Of a DNA stretch of 64,000 nucleotides, positions 36,296-48,959 are shown in pieces. The position numbers and the translations under genes are program-made. The notes below the pieces were generated by a model. The model ran no database searches, was not told the origin of the DNA, and was given only the letters and a program-made list of their open reading frames with translations. The stretch lies in NCBI RefSeq assembly GCF_045037415.1, contig NZ_CP173438.1; one strand, given 5' to 3'. Source of the stretch: Escherichia coli (GTDB taxonomy: Bacteria; Pseudomonadota; Gammaproteobacteria; Enterobacterales; Enterobacteriaceae). Every line of letters begins with the position of its first letter. Position 1 is the stretch's first letter.

Positions 36296-37597
36296 TCACT
36301 TGACTAAGCGTTTTCTGCCAGACAAAACTGACGCCATTCTCACCTACAGCCACACCTTCTTGCGTCACAAATACCCCTGCCGCCGCAATCAGCGTTTCGC
36401 CATAAAACAGCAGTGGCGTGGTGTCACGTAGCCACGGCGGAACGCCTAACTCTTGCCAGATTTTCTTCAGCTTACGTCCACCGTTGCGCCCGACAATATG
36501 CAGCAGTCCTGGCGCTTTGAAACGCACGCTGACCGCTTCGTCTGCACGCGGAGGGCGAATATCGCCTCCCGCAGTAAGCTGTACACTTCCCAGCCCCGCC
36601 GGTAATTCCAGCGGTTGTAGCCACGTCTGCCACGGCACAATGGTTTCGCTTTGCCCGGCAACGGATTTAATCCACCACAGTTGCGACTGATAGCGGCGGA
36701 TTTCAAACGCGCCCAAACGTAAACAGGGGGAAGCATCTTCCCGCGCCAGCGCCACTTCCTGCCAGATCCGCACCAGCGCCTCGCGGGAAGGCATAGGTGC
36801 ATTCTGCCCTGCCAGCCAGCGGCGGATAATCGCCGCGCGACGGGCATCGCTCATTGCCAGCATTGGCGCAATCTTTAACGTTCCCTGTTGCGTTTGGCAG
36901 TGCGCTAAATCATCCGCCAGCAGTTCATCCAGCAGGCTCTCTTGTTCGGCGCAAAGTGCGGCGCTGCGGGCCGTCGCTTCGGCAAAATGCGGCCAACGCT
37001 GCTGCAATAACGGCACTACGCGCAGGCGCAAGAAGTTACGATCGTAGGAATCGTCTTGATTACTTTCGTCTTCAATCCAGCGTAAATCATACTGACGCGC
37101 CCACTGCTCCAGTTCCCCCGCGTGCGGGCAAGCAACGGGCGGATAAGCCGTGTTCCGGCAAACTCCGAAACTTCCGCCATAGCCGAAAGCCCGGCAGGGC
37201 CGCTACCGCGTTTTAGCGCCAGCAGAAAGGTTTCACATTGATCGTCGAGATGTTGCGCTGTAACCAGCACTTCACCGGGCAACAAGGTACGGGCAAATGC
37301 CTGATAACGTGCCTGCCGCGCCTGGGCCTCAATACCTAGCCCCTCTTGCGCAAGCTGCACACGTTCGACCACCAGCGGCACCTGCCACTGTTGGCAGATG
37401 TTTTCACAATGTTTCACCCAGGCATCAGCATTGGCGCTTAAACCGTGATGCACATGGATAGCGCGCAGAGTGACGCCCGGATTTTCCGTCCGCCACTGCA
37501 CCAGTTGATGCAGTAAGACAGTAGAATCAAGGCCGCCGCTAAAGGCCACCAGAATCTGGCGTGAGGAGAGAAGTTGTCTATTGAGCGTGAGTGTCAT
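36285..37597 (-). pseudogene. tilS: tRNA(Ile)-lysidine synthetase with apparent -1 frameshift in a C5/G5 run (split into 193-aa and 248-aa ORFs)
   Basis: N-terminal ORF 37016-37597 carries the PP-loop SGGLDS motif and leaves frame after ...LLARTRG; the overlapping frame is open from the G-run and continues [16 protein letters not shown]...LRLRVVPLL to the normal C-terminus. Confidence 0.8.
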
Positions 37598-37661
37598 GAT
37601 GGTGCGATTTTACAGTAGCAATGCCCGGCACGTTACCGGGCAAATGCGGCGATGACAAGCC

Positions 37662-38051
37662 TTACTGCTCATACAGTTCCAACGGCAGCCCGTCCGGATC
37701 GTTAAAGAACGTGAAGCGTTTTTGCGTGTATGGATCGACACGGATGGCTTCACACTTCACGTTATGGCTTTCAAGGTGCGCCACTGCCGCATCGATATCA
37801 TCAACGCTAAAAGCCAGATGACGCAGGCCGCAAGCTTCCGGTCGGCTGGGGCGCTCCGGCGGGAACGGAAATGAGAAAAGCTCAATCACATATTGCCCAT
37901 TAAGCGCCAAATCCCCTTTCCACGAGTCGCGCGCTTCGCGATAGACTTCGCTTTGCAGCGTGAAACCAAGAATATCGCAGTAGAAAGCTTTGCTCATCGC
38001 ATAATCCGTCGCAATAATCGCAATATGGTGAACCTGTTTTAAACCCAGCAT
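37662..38051 (-). CDS. yaeR: VOC/glyoxalase-family protein YaeR
   Basis: 129 aa from MLGLKQVHHIAIIATDY; ATG at 38049-38051. Confidence 0.85.
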   Translation of the reverse strand: MLGLKQVHHIAIIATDYAMSKAFYCDILGFTLQSEVYREARDSWKGDLALNGQYVIELFSFPFPPERPSRPEACGLRHLAFSVDDIDAAVAHLESHNVKCEAIRVDPYTQKRFTFFNDPDGLPLELYEQ

Positions 38052-38107
38052 AACGTCTCCTTTATTTGTTAACAGCACGTTACTCGCCCGGAAGCCGCTC
38101 TGGCAAG

Positions 38108-40249
38108 TTATCCCGCCATTTTTAGGACTCGTACGCGGTAAACGCCGTCTTCGTCCTGTTTCGCGCCGTGAATATCCGTTTCAAAACCGGGGTAATGTTG
38201 CCCTACGGAACAAAGCATCAGTAGAAAATCGAGTACCGTGCGGCTCTCTTCGGTAAGCATTTCTCCCGGCATCAGCAGCGGTACGCCGGGTGGATAAGGC
38301 AGGATCATATTTGCCGATACTCTACCGACCAGTTGTTCCAGCGCAATGGTTTCTACTTCGCCTTTAATCTGTCTCTGCCATGCCTGATGTGGCGTCATGA
38401 TCATCTCCGGCAAGGTATCAAATGCCCGCAACATCAAACCGGGAAGATCGTGTTTACGAATCAGCTTATGGATCCCTTGCGCCAGATCCTGAATACGCAT
38501 ATTGCGGTAGAAATCGGGATCTTCTGCATAGAGATCGGGCAGCATATTTTTGATCCGCAGGTTGAGATCGTAAGAGCGCTTAAATTCCGTCAACCCACGC
38601 AATAATCCCATTGCTTTGGTTTTATCGATGCCAATACTAAAGAGAAACAGCAGGTTATAAGGGCCGGTTTTCTCTACTACGATCCCACGTTCGTCGAGGA
38701 ATTTTGCCACCAGCGCCGCCGGGATCCCCTCCTCGCTCATATTGCCCTGCTCGTCCATTCCCGGTGTCAAAATAGTGACTTTAACCGGATCGAGAAACAT
38801 GTGATTGGCATCCGCATCGCTAAAGCCGTGCCACTGTTCGCCAGGCGCAACGTGCCAGCATTCGGCTTCATCCACCTGCGGCGGTTGCCAGATATCGAAA
38901 AACCAGCTGTCAGACTCTTCCCGCAGCCGCTGGACCTCTTTGCGAAAATGCAGCGCTCGTTCTACTGAACGGTTAATCAGCCGTTTGCCCGGATTACCAC
39001 GCAGCATCGCCGCCGCCGTCTCAACCGAAGCAACAATGGGATAACTGGGCGAGGTGGTGGTATGCATCATAAAGGCTTCGTTAAACGCCTCTTCGTCATA
39101 CTCGCCTTTAATGTGGATCAGCGACGCCTGGGACAACGCCGCCAGCATTTTGTGGGTCGACTGCGTTTCGAAGATCACTTTTCCCGCAACACGCTCACCG
39201 CTCATACCACTTTTACCCTGGTAGATCGGATGAAAATGGGTGTACGGCACCCAGGCAGAATCGAAGTGAATCGACGGGACATCCAGCGTCTGTTTGATCC
39301 AGTCGGTGTTGTAGAGCAAGCCATCATAGGTGGAGTTGGTGATCACCGCATGAACCGGCCATTGTGCCTGCGTGGTGGCAGCGACTTTCTCTTCGATGCT
39401 GTCGCGAGTAAATTCACCGCGCGGGATCCCACCCAGAATCCCCAACGCATTACGCGTCGGTTTCAGCCAGACTGGCACTACATCGTTCATCATCAACAGA
39501 TGCGCCAGCGATTTATGACAATTGCGGTCGATCAACAGCGTACTGCCGGATGGCGCGGCGTACATACCCACAATTTTGTTCGACGTCGATGTTCCATTAG
39601 TAACGATATAACTCTGTTCCGCGCCAAACGTCCGCGCGATGTACTCTTCCGCTTCCAGGTGTGGCCCGGTGTGGTCGAGCAACGAACCAAGCTCGGTGAC
39701 CGAAATAGAGACGTCCGCCTTGAGGGTATTCCCGCCGAAAAAATCATAAAACAGACAGCCAACCGGGCTTTTTTGATATGCGGTACCGCCCATATGCCCC
39801 GGCGTACAAAAGGTGTACTTCCGCTCTTTGACGTAGGTAAACAAGGCTTTCGTAAACGGCGGCGTAATGTTATCAAGATATTCGTTGGTGTACTGACGCA
39901 TACGAATGGCGATATCTTCCGCCTGCCCCAGCGCATATTCAAAAAACCAGAGCGCCATCCGCATATCCTGCACGCTGACATCCATCGTCGAGTGGGTGTT
40001 GATGAAGGCATAAAGCGGGAGATATTCATTAAGTTGATTGATATCGCTACATAAATCGAGACTGTACTCATCCCAGTCAAAAATCACGCCGCAAATTCGT
40101 GGGTTATGTTCGATAAACTTCAGCAAATCAACGCTGTTTTGTGGCCAGATAATCTGAAAGCCTTGCGCCACCAGCGCCGACTCCAGTTCTTTGATGGGCT
40201 CATCTTTATAAAAGACGCCATGCGGTCCCATAATGGCAATGATGTTCAT
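38108..40249 (-). CDS. ldcC: Constitutive lysine decarboxylase
   Basis: 713 aa; fold-type I PLP decarboxylase with wing domain (MNIIAIMGPHGVFYKDEPIKELE...). Confidence 0.92.
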   Translation of the reverse strand: MNIIAIMGPHGVFYKDEPIKELESALVAQGFQIIWPQNSVDLLKFIEHNPRICGVIFDWDEYSLDLCSDINQLNEYLPLYAFINTHSTMDVSVQDMRMALWFFEYALGQAEDIAIRMRQYTNEYLDNITPPFTKALFTYVKERKYTFCTPGHMGGTAYQKSPVGCLFYDFFGGNTLKADVSISVTELGSLLDHTGPHLEAEEYIARTFGAEQSYIVTNGTSTSNKIVGMYAAPSGSTLLIDRNCHKSLAHLLMMNDVVPVWLKPTRNALGILGGIPRGEFTRDSIEEKVAATTQAQWPVHAVITNSTYDGLLYNTDWIKQTLDVPSIHFDSAWVPYTHFHPIYQGKSGMSGERVAGKVIFETQSTHKMLAALSQASLIHIKGEYDEEAFNEAFMMHTTTSPSYPIVASVETAAAMLRGNPGKRLINRSVERALHFRKEVQRLREESDSWFFDIWQPPQVDEAECWHVAPGEQWHGFSDADANHMFLDPVKVTILTPGMDEQGNMSEEGIPAALVAKFLDERGIVVEKTGPYNLLFLFSIGIDKTKAMGLLRGLTEFKRSYDLNLRIKNMLPDLYAEDPDFYRNMRIQDLAQGIHKLIRKHDLPGLMLRAFDTLPEMIMTPHQAWQRQIKGEVETIALEQLVGRVSANMILPYPPGVPLLMPGEMLTEESRTVLDFLLMLCSVGQHYPGFETDIHGAKQDEDGVYRVRVLKMAG

Positions 40250-40346
40250 GTGTTCCTCCTGGAAAATCCTTCCTTAATCATAGCCTGCTCAAACCGTGGC
40301 GATAAAAAAGGGCCACCGAAGTGACCCTTTTCAGAACATTTGCCGA

Positions 40347-41306
40347 TTACGCGTAGCCGTAGCTCATCAGGCGCTGATAACGACGATTTTTTAAATCTTC
40401 AGTGCTTAACACGTCGAGATCGGCCAGATCCGCCAGCAGCTGCGCTTTCAGAGACGCCGCCATCGCTTCCGGGTTACGGTGAGCACCGCCCAGCGGTTCC
40501 GGGATGATGGAGTCGATCAGTTTCAGCTCTTTCAGACGCGGAGCGATGATACCCATCGCTTCAGCCGCCAGCGGCGCTTTGTCAGCGCTCTTCCACAGAA
40601 TGGACGCACAACCTTCCGGCGAGATAACGGAATAGGTGCTGTATTGCAGCATATTCACTTTATCGCCCACGCCAATCGCCAGCGCACCACCAGAACCACC
40701 TTCACCGATAACCGTACAAACTACCGGTACGCCGAGGCGAGACATTTCACGCAGGTTGCGTGCAATGGCTTCCGACTGACCACGTTCTTCTGCGCCCACG
40801 CCCGGATATGCCCCCGGGGTGTCGATAAAGGTGATGATAGGCATCTTAAAACGTTCAGCCATTTGCATCAGACGCAGTGCTTTGCGGTAACCTTCTGGCG
40901 CTGGCATACCAAAGTTACGGCGAATTTTTTCTTTGGTTTCACGACCTTTTTGATGACCAATGATCATCACCGGACGACCATCGAGACGGGCGATACCACC
41001 GACGATAGCTTTATCGTCTGCATACGCGCGGTCGCCAGCCAGTTCGTCAAATTCATCAAATGCCAGGCGAACGTAATCCAGGGTATAAGGACGCTGTGGA
41101 TGGCGTGCCAGTTGCGCAATCTGCCATGCACCGAGATCGGCGAAGATTTTACGCGTCAGTTCTACGCTTTTTTCACGCAGACGATGCACTTCTTCATCGA
41201 TGTTAATATCCAGTTTCTCATCCTGACGGCTAACCGCAGTCAGAGAATCGATTTTCGCTTCCAGCTCTGCAATCGGCTGTTCAAAATCAAGGAAATTCAG
41301 ACTCAT
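40347..41306 (-). CDS. accA: Acetyl-CoA carboxylase carboxyltransferase alpha subunit
   Basis: 319 aa from [22 protein letters not shown]. Confidence 0.95.
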   Translation of the reverse strand: MSLNFLDFEQPIAELEAKIDSLTAVSRQDEKLDINIDEEVHRLREKSVELTRKIFADLGAWQIAQLARHPQRPYTLDYVRLAFDEFDELAGDRAYADDKAIVGGIARLDGRPVMIIGHQKGRETKEKIRRNFGMPAPEGYRKALRLMQMAERFKMPIITFIDTPGAYPGVGAEERGQSEAIARNLREMSRLGVPVVCTVIGEGGSGGALAIGVGDKVNMLQYSTYSVISPEGCASILWKSADKAPLAAEAMGIIAPRLKELKLIDSIIPEPLGGAHRNPEAMAASLKAQLLADLADLDVLSTEDLKNRRYQRLMSYGYA

Positions 41307-41318
41307 AGTATTCCTGTA

Positions 41319-44300
41319 TTAGTCAAACTCCAGTTCCACCTGCTCCGAACCAATGAGGCCACGGAGATCGTTTAATAAACGATCGCTCGGAGAGACACGC
41401 CACGTCGCGCCAAAACGCAATCGCGCGCGTGCATCCGCCCTCTGATAGTAGAGATGTACTGGAATTGTCCCAGAGCGGTGGGGTTCCAGAGACTGACGGA
41501 GTCGGTTTAAAAGCTGGTCATCAATTTGCCTGTCCGTCAGCGAGATAGCAAGCCCGCGAGCATATTTTTCCCGGGCTTCGTCAATATCCATCACTTCGCG
41601 AGCAGTCATTTTAAGCCCACCGCTGAAGTCATCAAAGCTGACCTGTCCGCTGACGATAAGTATGCGGTCTTTTTCCAGCAATTGCTGGTATTTATCCAGG
41701 GCGTCAGTAAACAACATCACTTCCAGCCGCCCGGAACGGTCATCCAGCGTGCAGATACCGATACGATTGCCGCGCTTGGTGACCATAACCCGCGCGGCAA
41801 CAACGAGCCCCGCAGCCGTGATGACTTTACCACGTTCTGTCGGGTGCATGTCTTTCAGCCTTACGCCTCCGACATAACGCTCAATCTCTTTTAAATACTG
41901 GTTGATAGGGTGTCCCGTGAGGTACAGACCTAACGTTTCACGTTCCCCATCTAACACCACCTGCTCCGGCCACGGTTGGCAGCTGGCGTAGGATTGTTCA
42001 ATTTGTTCCGGCTCTTCGGCCAGCACGCCGAACATATCGGCCTGACCGATAGCTTCCGCTTTCGCGTGTTGATCTGCCGCTTTTAACGCATCGCCCAGCG
42101 AGTTCATCAGCGCCGCGCGGTGTGGCCCAAGACGGTCAAACGCCCCGGACATGATCAGTTTTTCCAGCACCCGCCGGTTTAACTTTTTGGTGTCGGTACG
42201 GGCGCAGAGATCAAACAGTTCGCGGAAGTAGCCGCCTTTATTACGGGCTTCGATGATGGCCTCAATCGGGCCTTCACCTACCCCTTTGATCGCGCCAATA
42301 CCATACACGATTTCGCCGTCGTCGTTGACGTGGAAATGGTAAAGACCGGAGTTTATATCTGGTGGCAGGATTTTCAGCCCCATCCGCCAGCACTCATCCA
42401 CCAGGCCCACCACCTTCTCGGTGTTGTCCATATCGGCGGTCATTACCGCCGCCATAAACTCTGCCGGATAATGTGCCTTCAGCCATAACGTTTGATATGA
42501 CACCAAAGCATAGGCCGCCGAGTGCGATTTGTTAAATCCGTAACCCGCGAATTTCTCCACCAGGTCGAAGATTTTCATCGCCAGTTCGGCGTTGATTCCG
42601 TTCTTTTCTGCACCTTCAGCAAATACAGAACGCTGCTTAGCCATCTCTTCCGGCTTTTTCTTACCCATCGCACGACGCAGCATATCCGCGCCACCGAGGG
42701 TATAACCAGAAAGCACCTGGGCAATCTGCATGACCTGTTCCTGATACAGGATGATGCCGTAGGTTGGCTCCAGTACCGGTTTCAGGCTTTCATGCTGCCA
42801 CTGCACGTCCGGATAGGAGATCTCTTCGCGACCATGTTTACGGTCGATAAAGTTATCCACCATCCCTGATTGCAACGGGCCGGGGCGGAACAGTGCCACC
42901 AGTGCGATCATATCTTCGAAGCAGTCAGGTTGCAGACGCTTGATCAGGTCTTTCATGCCGCGCGATTCAAGCTGGAATACCGCCGTGGTTTCCGAGCGTT
43001 GCAGCATGTCGAAGCTTTTCTTGTCATCCAGCGGGATCGCGGCGATATCCAGCGGGGGCTCGCCATTCTTCGCCCGCCGCTTGTTGATCATCTCCAGCGC
43101 CCAGTTGATGATGGTGAGCGTACGCAAACCGAGGAAGTCGAACTTCACCAGCCCGGCGTATTCAACGTCGCTTTTATCAAACTGGGTGACCGGATGTTTG
43201 CCCTCTTCATCGCAATAAAGCGGCGCAAAATCAGTAATTTTGGTCGGCGCGATAACCACCCCACCGGCGTGCTTACCGGCGTTACGGGTGACCCCTTCCA
43301 GTTTGCGCGCCATGTCGATCAGCGCCTTAACTTCTTCATCCGCTTCGTAGATTTCCGGCAGCTGCGGCTCGGCTTCAAACGCTTTCGCCAGCGTCATACC
43401 CGGATCGGGCGGGATCAGTTTCGAGATACGATCGACAAATCCGTACGGATGCCCCAATACACGGCCTACGTCGCGGATCACCGCTTTCGCCGCCATCGTA
43501 CCGAAGGTGATAATCTGCGATACCGCATCGCGACCGTACATGTCCGCCACATGTTCGATAACCTGGTCACGTTTCTCCATACAGAAGTCAACGTCGAAGT
43601 CAGGCATGGAGACACGTTCCGGGTTAAGGAAACGTTCGAACAGCAGGTCAAATTCCAGCGGATCGAGATCGGTGATTTTTAACGCGTAGGCCACCAGTGA
43701 CCCTGCACCAGAACCACGGCCTGGCCCTACCGGTACACCGTTATCTTTCGACCACTGGATAAATTCCATAACGATGAGGAAGTAACCCGGGAAGCCCATC
43801 TGGTTGATAACCTGAAGTTCAGTATCCAGACGTTCGTCATACTCCGGACGACGCTTAAGACGTTCTTCCTCGTCAGGGAATAAAAATGCCAGACGCTCTT
43901 CCAGGCCTTCTTTTGCACGCTTGACCAGATAATCTTCGGTACTCATGTCCCCGGTCGGGAATTGCGGCAAGAAGTATTCACCCAGACGCACAGTTACGTT
44001 ACAACGTTTGGCTATCTCAACGGTGTTGGCAAGGGCTTCGGGAATGTCGGCAAAAAGCTCGCACATCTCCTCTTCGCTACGCATATATTGCTGCGGCGAA
44101 TAGTTACGCGGGCGTTTAGGATCGTCGAGGGTAAAGCCGTCGTGGATCGCGACGCGGATTTCGTGTGCGTCAAAGTCGCTGCTGTCGATAAAGCGCACGT
44201 CGTTGGTCGCCACAACGGGCAAACCGCGTGATTCCGCCAGTTCCACCGCAGCGTGCAGATAGCTTTCTTCGTCCGGCCTGCCGGTGCGGATCAGCTCGAG

Positions 44301-44801
44301 AAAATAGCGATCCGGGAAGTGTTCTTCATAAAACGCGACACACTCATCTACCAGCGCGCTGTTACCACGCAAAAGACTGCGTCCAACGTCGCCCATGCGC
44401 CCGCCGGAAAGAAGGATCAACCCTTCGTTTAATTCGATAAGCCAGTCGCGATCGATGATCGGCCCGGCGGCACCGTACCCGCGCTGATACGCTTTTGAGA
44501 TCAGCAACGTCAGATTCTGATAGCCGGTATTGTTCGCCGCCAGCACCGTCAGGTGAGTTAACTCATCACCCAGCAGGTCGCACTGGACGTTAAAATCCGC
44601 CCCGACGATGGGCTTAATCCCTGCGCCATGTCCCGCTCCGTAGAACTTCACCAGACCGCAAAGGTTGGTGAAATCGGTGATCGCCAGTGCTGGCATACCC
44701 AACGCTGCCGCCTTTTTTACCAGCGGTGCGGTTTTGGCCAGGCCATCGATCATCGAGTAGTCACTGTGCACCCGCAGGTGTACGAAACGTGGTTCAGACA
44801 T
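41319..44801 (-). CDS. dnaE: DNA polymerase III alpha subunit
   Basis: 1160 aa; PHP domain N-terminus ([20 protein letters not shown]), polymerase core and OB fold. Confidence 0.97.
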   Translation of the reverse strand: MSEPRFVHLRVHSDYSMIDGLAKTAPLVKKAAALGMPALAITDFTNLCGLVKFYGAGHGAGIKPIVGADFNVQCDLLGDELTHLTVLAANNTGYQNLTLLISKAYQRGYGAAGPIIDRDWLIELNEGLILLSGGRMGDVGRSLLRGNSALVDECVAFYEEHFPDRYFLELIRTGRPDEESYLHAAVELAESRGLPVVATNDVRFIDSSDFDAHEIRVAIHDGFTLDDPKRPRNYSPQQYMRSEEEMCELFADIPEALANTVEIAKRCNVTVRLGEYFLPQFPTGDMSTEDYLVKRAKEGLEERLAFLFPDEEERLKRRPEYDERLDTELQVINQMGFPGYFLIVMEFIQWSKDNGVPVGPGRGSGAGSLVAYALKITDLDPLEFDLLFERFLNPERVSMPDFDVDFCMEKRDQVIEHVADMYGRDAVSQIITFGTMAAKAVIRDVGRVLGHPYGFVDRISKLIPPDPGMTLAKAFEAEPQLPEIYEADEEVKALIDMARKLEGVTRNAGKHAGGVVIAPTKITDFAPLYCDEEGKHPVTQFDKSDVEYAGLVKFDFLGLRTLTIINWALEMINKRRAKNGEPPLDIAAIPLDDKKSFDMLQRSETTAVFQLESRGMKDLIKRLQPDCFEDMIALVALFRPGPLQSGMVDNFIDRKHGREEISYPDVQWQHESLKPVLEPTYGIILYQEQVMQIAQVLSGYTLGGADMLRRAMGKKKPEEMAKQRSVFAEGAEKNGINAELAMKIFDLVEKFAGYGFNKSHSAAYALVSYQTLWLKAHYPAEFMAAVMTADMDNTEKVVGLVDECWRMGLKILPPDINSGLYHFHVNDDGEIVYGIGAIKGVGEGPIEAIIEARNKGGYFRELFDLCARTDTKKLNRRVLEKLIMSGAFDRLGPHRAALMNSLGDALKAADQHAKAEAIGQADMFGVLAEEPEQIEQSYASCQPWPEQVVLDGERETLGLYLTGHPINQYLKEIERYVGGVRLKDMHPTERGKVITAAGLVVAARVMVTKRGNRIGICTLDDRSGRLEVMLFTDALDKYQQLLEKDRILIVSGQVSFDDFSGGLKMTAREVMDIDEAREKYARGLAISLTDRQIDDQLLNRLRQSLEPHRSGTIPVHLYYQRADARARLRFGATWRVSPSDRLLNDLRGLIGSEQVELEFD

Positions 44802-44837
44802 CTTCAGATTCCGGTTTACTTAATCTCGACACAAGAA

Positions 44838-45434
44838 TCAGGACGCAAGTCCCAGTGCGCGTTTGACAGGCCCAAAGCTGCGCCGATGGTGTTCGGTCGC
44901 GCCGTGTTCAGCCAGTTTTTCCAGATGAAAAGCGGTTGGATACCCTTTGTGTTGGGCAAAACCATATTGCGGGAAAACAATATCCAGCGCCGCCATTTCG
45001 GCGTCACGCGTCACTTTCGCCAGGATAGACGCGGCACTGATTTCCGGTACGCGGCTATCGCCTTTCACCACAGCCATCGAAGGCATCGGTAATTTCGGGC
45101 AGCGGTTACCATCAATCAACACATATTCCGGCGCAATATGCAGTCCAGCGACGGCACGCTGCATCGCCAGCATGGTCGCATGTAAAATATTCAGTTCGTC
45201 GATTTCGTGAGGTTCCGCGCGGCCCAGACTCCAGCTCAACGCTTTCTCTTTGATCTCTTCACAGAGCGCCAGACGGCGTTTTTCGCTCAGCTTTTTGGAA
45301 TCATTCAGCCCGGCAATCGGGCGCGCCGGGTCAAGGATCACCGCAGCGGTGACGACCGCGCCAACTAACGGCCCGCGTCCGACTTCATCCACACCCGCAA
45401 CCAGCTGCGTGTGCGGATAGACAAATTCGATCAT
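44838..45434 (-). CDS. rnhB: Ribonuclease HII
   Basis: 198 aa ([28 protein letters not shown]...). Confidence 0.95.
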
Positions 45435-46579
45435 TGTGCTAACTCCAGAACGGCTTGTGCCGCCTGCTCATCGGCATTGCAGCGGATCTGCTGATGCAGC
45501 TCGCGGAAGGTGTCGTGCATCGCATGGCTGGTTTTCCCGTTCGCCAACAGCGGTAACAGCGCCGCAGCCAATTTTTGCGGCTCACACTCTTCCTGCAATA
45601 ACTCTTTGACTAACTCTCTGCCCGCCAGCAGATTTGGCAGCGAGACATAATCAGTTTTCACCAGTCGCTTCGCCAGCCAGAAGGTGAAAGGCTTCATGCG
45701 ATATCCCACTACCATCGGGCATTTAGCCAGCATACACTCCAGTGCTGCCGTACCCGACGCCAGTAGCGCCGCATCACTGGCGACCATCGCCTCACGGCCC
45801 ATTCCATCCAGCAAATGAACCGACAGGTCTGGCGCGACTGCAGCTTTGATGCGTTCAAACTGCTCACGGCGTTTGGCATTCACCAGCGGCACCACGATTT
45901 CGAGATCCGGATATGTCTGGCGCAAAAGCTGGGCCGTTTTCAGGAAATCGGCACTAAGCATTTCGACTTCTGCACCACGGCTGCCCGGCAACAATGCCAG
46001 ACAGTGGGCATCGTAAGGGATCCCCAGCACATCACGGGCACCATTTTTATCTGGATCTAATGGCATGGCATCAGCCATGGTATGACCGATAAAGCGGCAC
46101 GGTACGTTGTATTTGTCATAAAACGCTTTTTCGAAAGGCAGAAATGCGAGCACCAGATCGGTGGCTATGCCTATTTTGAAAACGCGTTTCTGTCGCCACG
46201 CCCAGACGGACGGACTGACGTAATGAATGGTTTTGATACCCTGCTTTTTGAGGTTACCTTCAAGAGTAATATTGAAGTCAGGCGCATCAATACCAACAAA
46301 AACATCTGGCTTCAGTTCGCCAAAACGCTTTGTCAGATCGGCACGAATATGTAGTAAGCGACGCAGACGACCGAGCACTTCAACAATGCCCATCACTGCC
46401 AGTTCTTCCATTTCGTACCAGGCTTCGCAGCCTTCAGCCTGCATTCGTGGCCCGGCAACACCAACAAAGCGGGCGTTGGGCACACGTTCTTTCAGAGCGC
46501 GGATTAAACCGGCCCCCAGGATATCGCCGGAGGTTTCTCCGGCGACCAGGGCAATCGTTAATGGACGCTGTTCAGTCAT
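45431..46579 (-). CDS. lpxB: Lipid-A-disaccharide synthase
   Basis: 382 aa; 4-nt overlap with rnhB, 1-nt overlap with lpxA. Confidence 0.95.
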
Positions 46580-47367
46580 TAACGAATCAGACCGCGCGTT
46601 GAGCGTGCAAAGAAATCGGTAAAGGCTTTCACTTCCGGATATGTTTCCGCCAGTTCAGCAATTTCCGGTTTCACTTCATCGAGCGTCTTACCGCTACGAT
46701 AAATCAGCTTATACGCATTGCGGATAGCGGTAATCGCCTCACGGCTGAATCCGCGGCGCTTCAGCCCTTCGATATTGACACCGAACGGCGTTGCGTGGTT
46801 ACCCTGCGCAATGACATAAGGAGGGACGTCCTGCGCCACACCGGAGCAGCCGCCAACCATCACATGCGCACCAATGATGCAGAACTGATGGACTGCGGTC
46901 ATGCCGCCGATGATCGCGAAGTCGTCAACCGATACGTGACCCGCCAGCGTTGCGTTGTTGGCGAGGATGCAGCGGTTACCTACCGTACAATCGTGCGCAA
47001 TGTGCGCGTTGATCATCAGTAAGTTGTCGCTGCCCACCTTCGTCAATCCACCGCCCTGGACTGTGCCACGATGAATGGTGACGCTTTCGCGAATGCGGTT
47101 ACGATCGCCGATTTCCACGCGGGTCGGTTCGCCAGCATATTTCAGATCCTGGTTAACTTCGCCGATGGAGGCGAACTGATAAATCTCATTATCGCGGCCA
47201 ATTTTAGTATGACCATTCACGACAACGTGAGATTTCAGTACGGTACCCTCACCAATTTCGACATGGGGTCCAACGATACAAAAAGGACCAATGTGAGCGT
47301 TCGCGCCAATCGACGCGCCCTCTTCCACAATGGCGGTTGGATGCACAAAGGCGGATTTATCAATCAC
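46579..47367 (-). CDS. lpxA: UDP-N-acetylglucosamine O-acyltransferase
   Basis: 262 aa; left-handed beta-helix hexapeptide repeats. Confidence 0.95.
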
Positions 47368-47370
47368 GTA

Positions 47371-47826
47371 TCAGGCCTCCCGGCTACGAGCACACATCAT
47401 CGTTGCTTCGCAAACTACTTTACCGTCGACCAGAGCAACCCCTTTAAAACGGGTCAGGCCGCGGCGCGTTTTTTCGAAAGTGACTTCCATGATCATTTGA
47501 TCGCCAGGCACGACCGGGCGCTTAAAGCGCGCTTCGTCAATACCGGCGAAGTAGTACAGCTCACCCGGTTCCAGTTTTCCTACGCTTTTAAACGCCAGAA
47601 TACCTGTTGCCTGTGCCATTGCTTCCAGAATCAGCACACCCGGGAAAATCGGTTTTCCAGGGAAATGGCCCTGGAAGAATGGCTCATTGACAGAGACATT
47701 TTTTACTGCGCGCAGAAAACGACCTTCTTCAAAATCCAGCACGCGATCCACCAGTAAGAACGGGAAACGGTGCGGCAGAAGTTCTAAAATCTCTTCAATC
47801 TGCAGAGTATGAGTGTTAGTAGTCAA
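47371..47826 (-). CDS. fabZ: 3-hydroxyacyl-ACP dehydratase FabZ
   Basis: 151 aa from a TTG start ([28 protein letters not shown]); hot-dog fold. Confidence 0.9.
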
Positions 47827-47930
47827 GATACTCTTCCTGTCAAAATATAAGAAACGACAATAATAACACGGCCTGCCGCAATCGTAAGAATGAGACAGGC
47901 CGTAAAGTTTGGCGAACAAAAGATGGAACG

Positions 47931-48956
47931 TTAGTCTTGTTGATTAACCTTGCGCTCAAGCGATTTCAGACGCTTGCTCATGTCATCAATGTTCATCACC
48001 AGTGCAGCGGTTTTGCGCCAGACTTTGTTGGGTTGCAGCGGAATGCCTGAGGAATAGACGCCTGGTTCAGTGATGGGACGCATCACCATACCCATGCCCG
48101 TAACCGTCACTTTGTCGCATATTTCCATATGCCCGTTGATTACGCTGGCTCCGCCGATCATGCAGTAACGACCAATTTTCAGGCTGCCCGCCATAATGAC
48201 GCCACCGGCAACTGCCGTATTGTCGCCAATCACGACGTTATGTGCAATCTGGCACTGGTTATCAATGATCACACCATTGCCAATAACAGTGTCATCCAGC
48301 GCGCCACGATCAATAGTAGTGCAGGCACCGATCTCCACGCGATCGCCAATAATTACCCGACCAATCTGTGGGATCTTCACCCAGTTACCACGATCGTTGG
48401 CATAACCAAAGCCGTCTGCGCCTACCACTGTTCCGGACTGGATCAGGCAATTCTGACCGATCTGGATCTCATGGTAAATGGTTACGTTCGCCCAGAGACG
48501 CGAACCTGCACCGATTTTGCTGTTTTTACCTACGAAGCAACCGGCACCGATAATCACGTTATCGCCCAGTTCAACGCCGGACTCAATCACCGCGTTAGCG
48601 CCAATCGATACGTTGTTACCCAGCTTCGCCGTCGCGTCAATCACCGCACTGGGTGCAATGTTCTGCGCGGGCTGCGGCGTGGTATCTAAAATTTGCGCCA
48701 TGCGCGCGTAAGTCAGGTAGGGATTCTTCACTACCAGCGCGGCACTTTTCGCGAAAGGAAGATCGTCCTGGGTCATGACAACCGCGGACGCCTGGCACAA
48801 GCCTAAATGCTCACGGTATTTTGGGTTAACCATGAACGTAATGTGACCTGTTTGTGCAGATTGCATGGACGCAACGCCGGTGATGACGATATCGCCATCA
48901 CCGTGTAGTTCTGCATCCAACTGCTGCGCTAAATCAGCCAGTCGAATTGAAGGCAT
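47931..48956 (-). CDS. lpxD: UDP-3-O-(3-hydroxymyristoyl)glucosamine N-acyltransferase
   Basis: 341 aa; hexapeptide-repeat acyltransferase. Confidence 0.95.
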
Positions 48957-48959
48957 TAC

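Noticed and set aside
37100-37135. Programmed -1 ribosomal frameshift in tilS as an alternative to a lesion
   Set aside because: A -1 slip on the G-run would in principle restore the frame, but there is no canonical slippery heptamer or downstream stimulatory structure and no precedent for tilS; a length error in the homopolymer is more parsimonious.
39062-40054. 330-aa ORF on the plus strand
   Set aside because: Lies entirely antisense to the well-supported ldcC gene; Arg/His-rich low-complexity translation typical of antisense frames in GC-rich genes; no RBS context.
40479-43682. 298-aa and 270-aa plus-strand ORFs inside accA and dnaE
   Set aside because: Antisense shadow ORFs of accA and dnaE; their composition reflects the opposite-strand codon bias.
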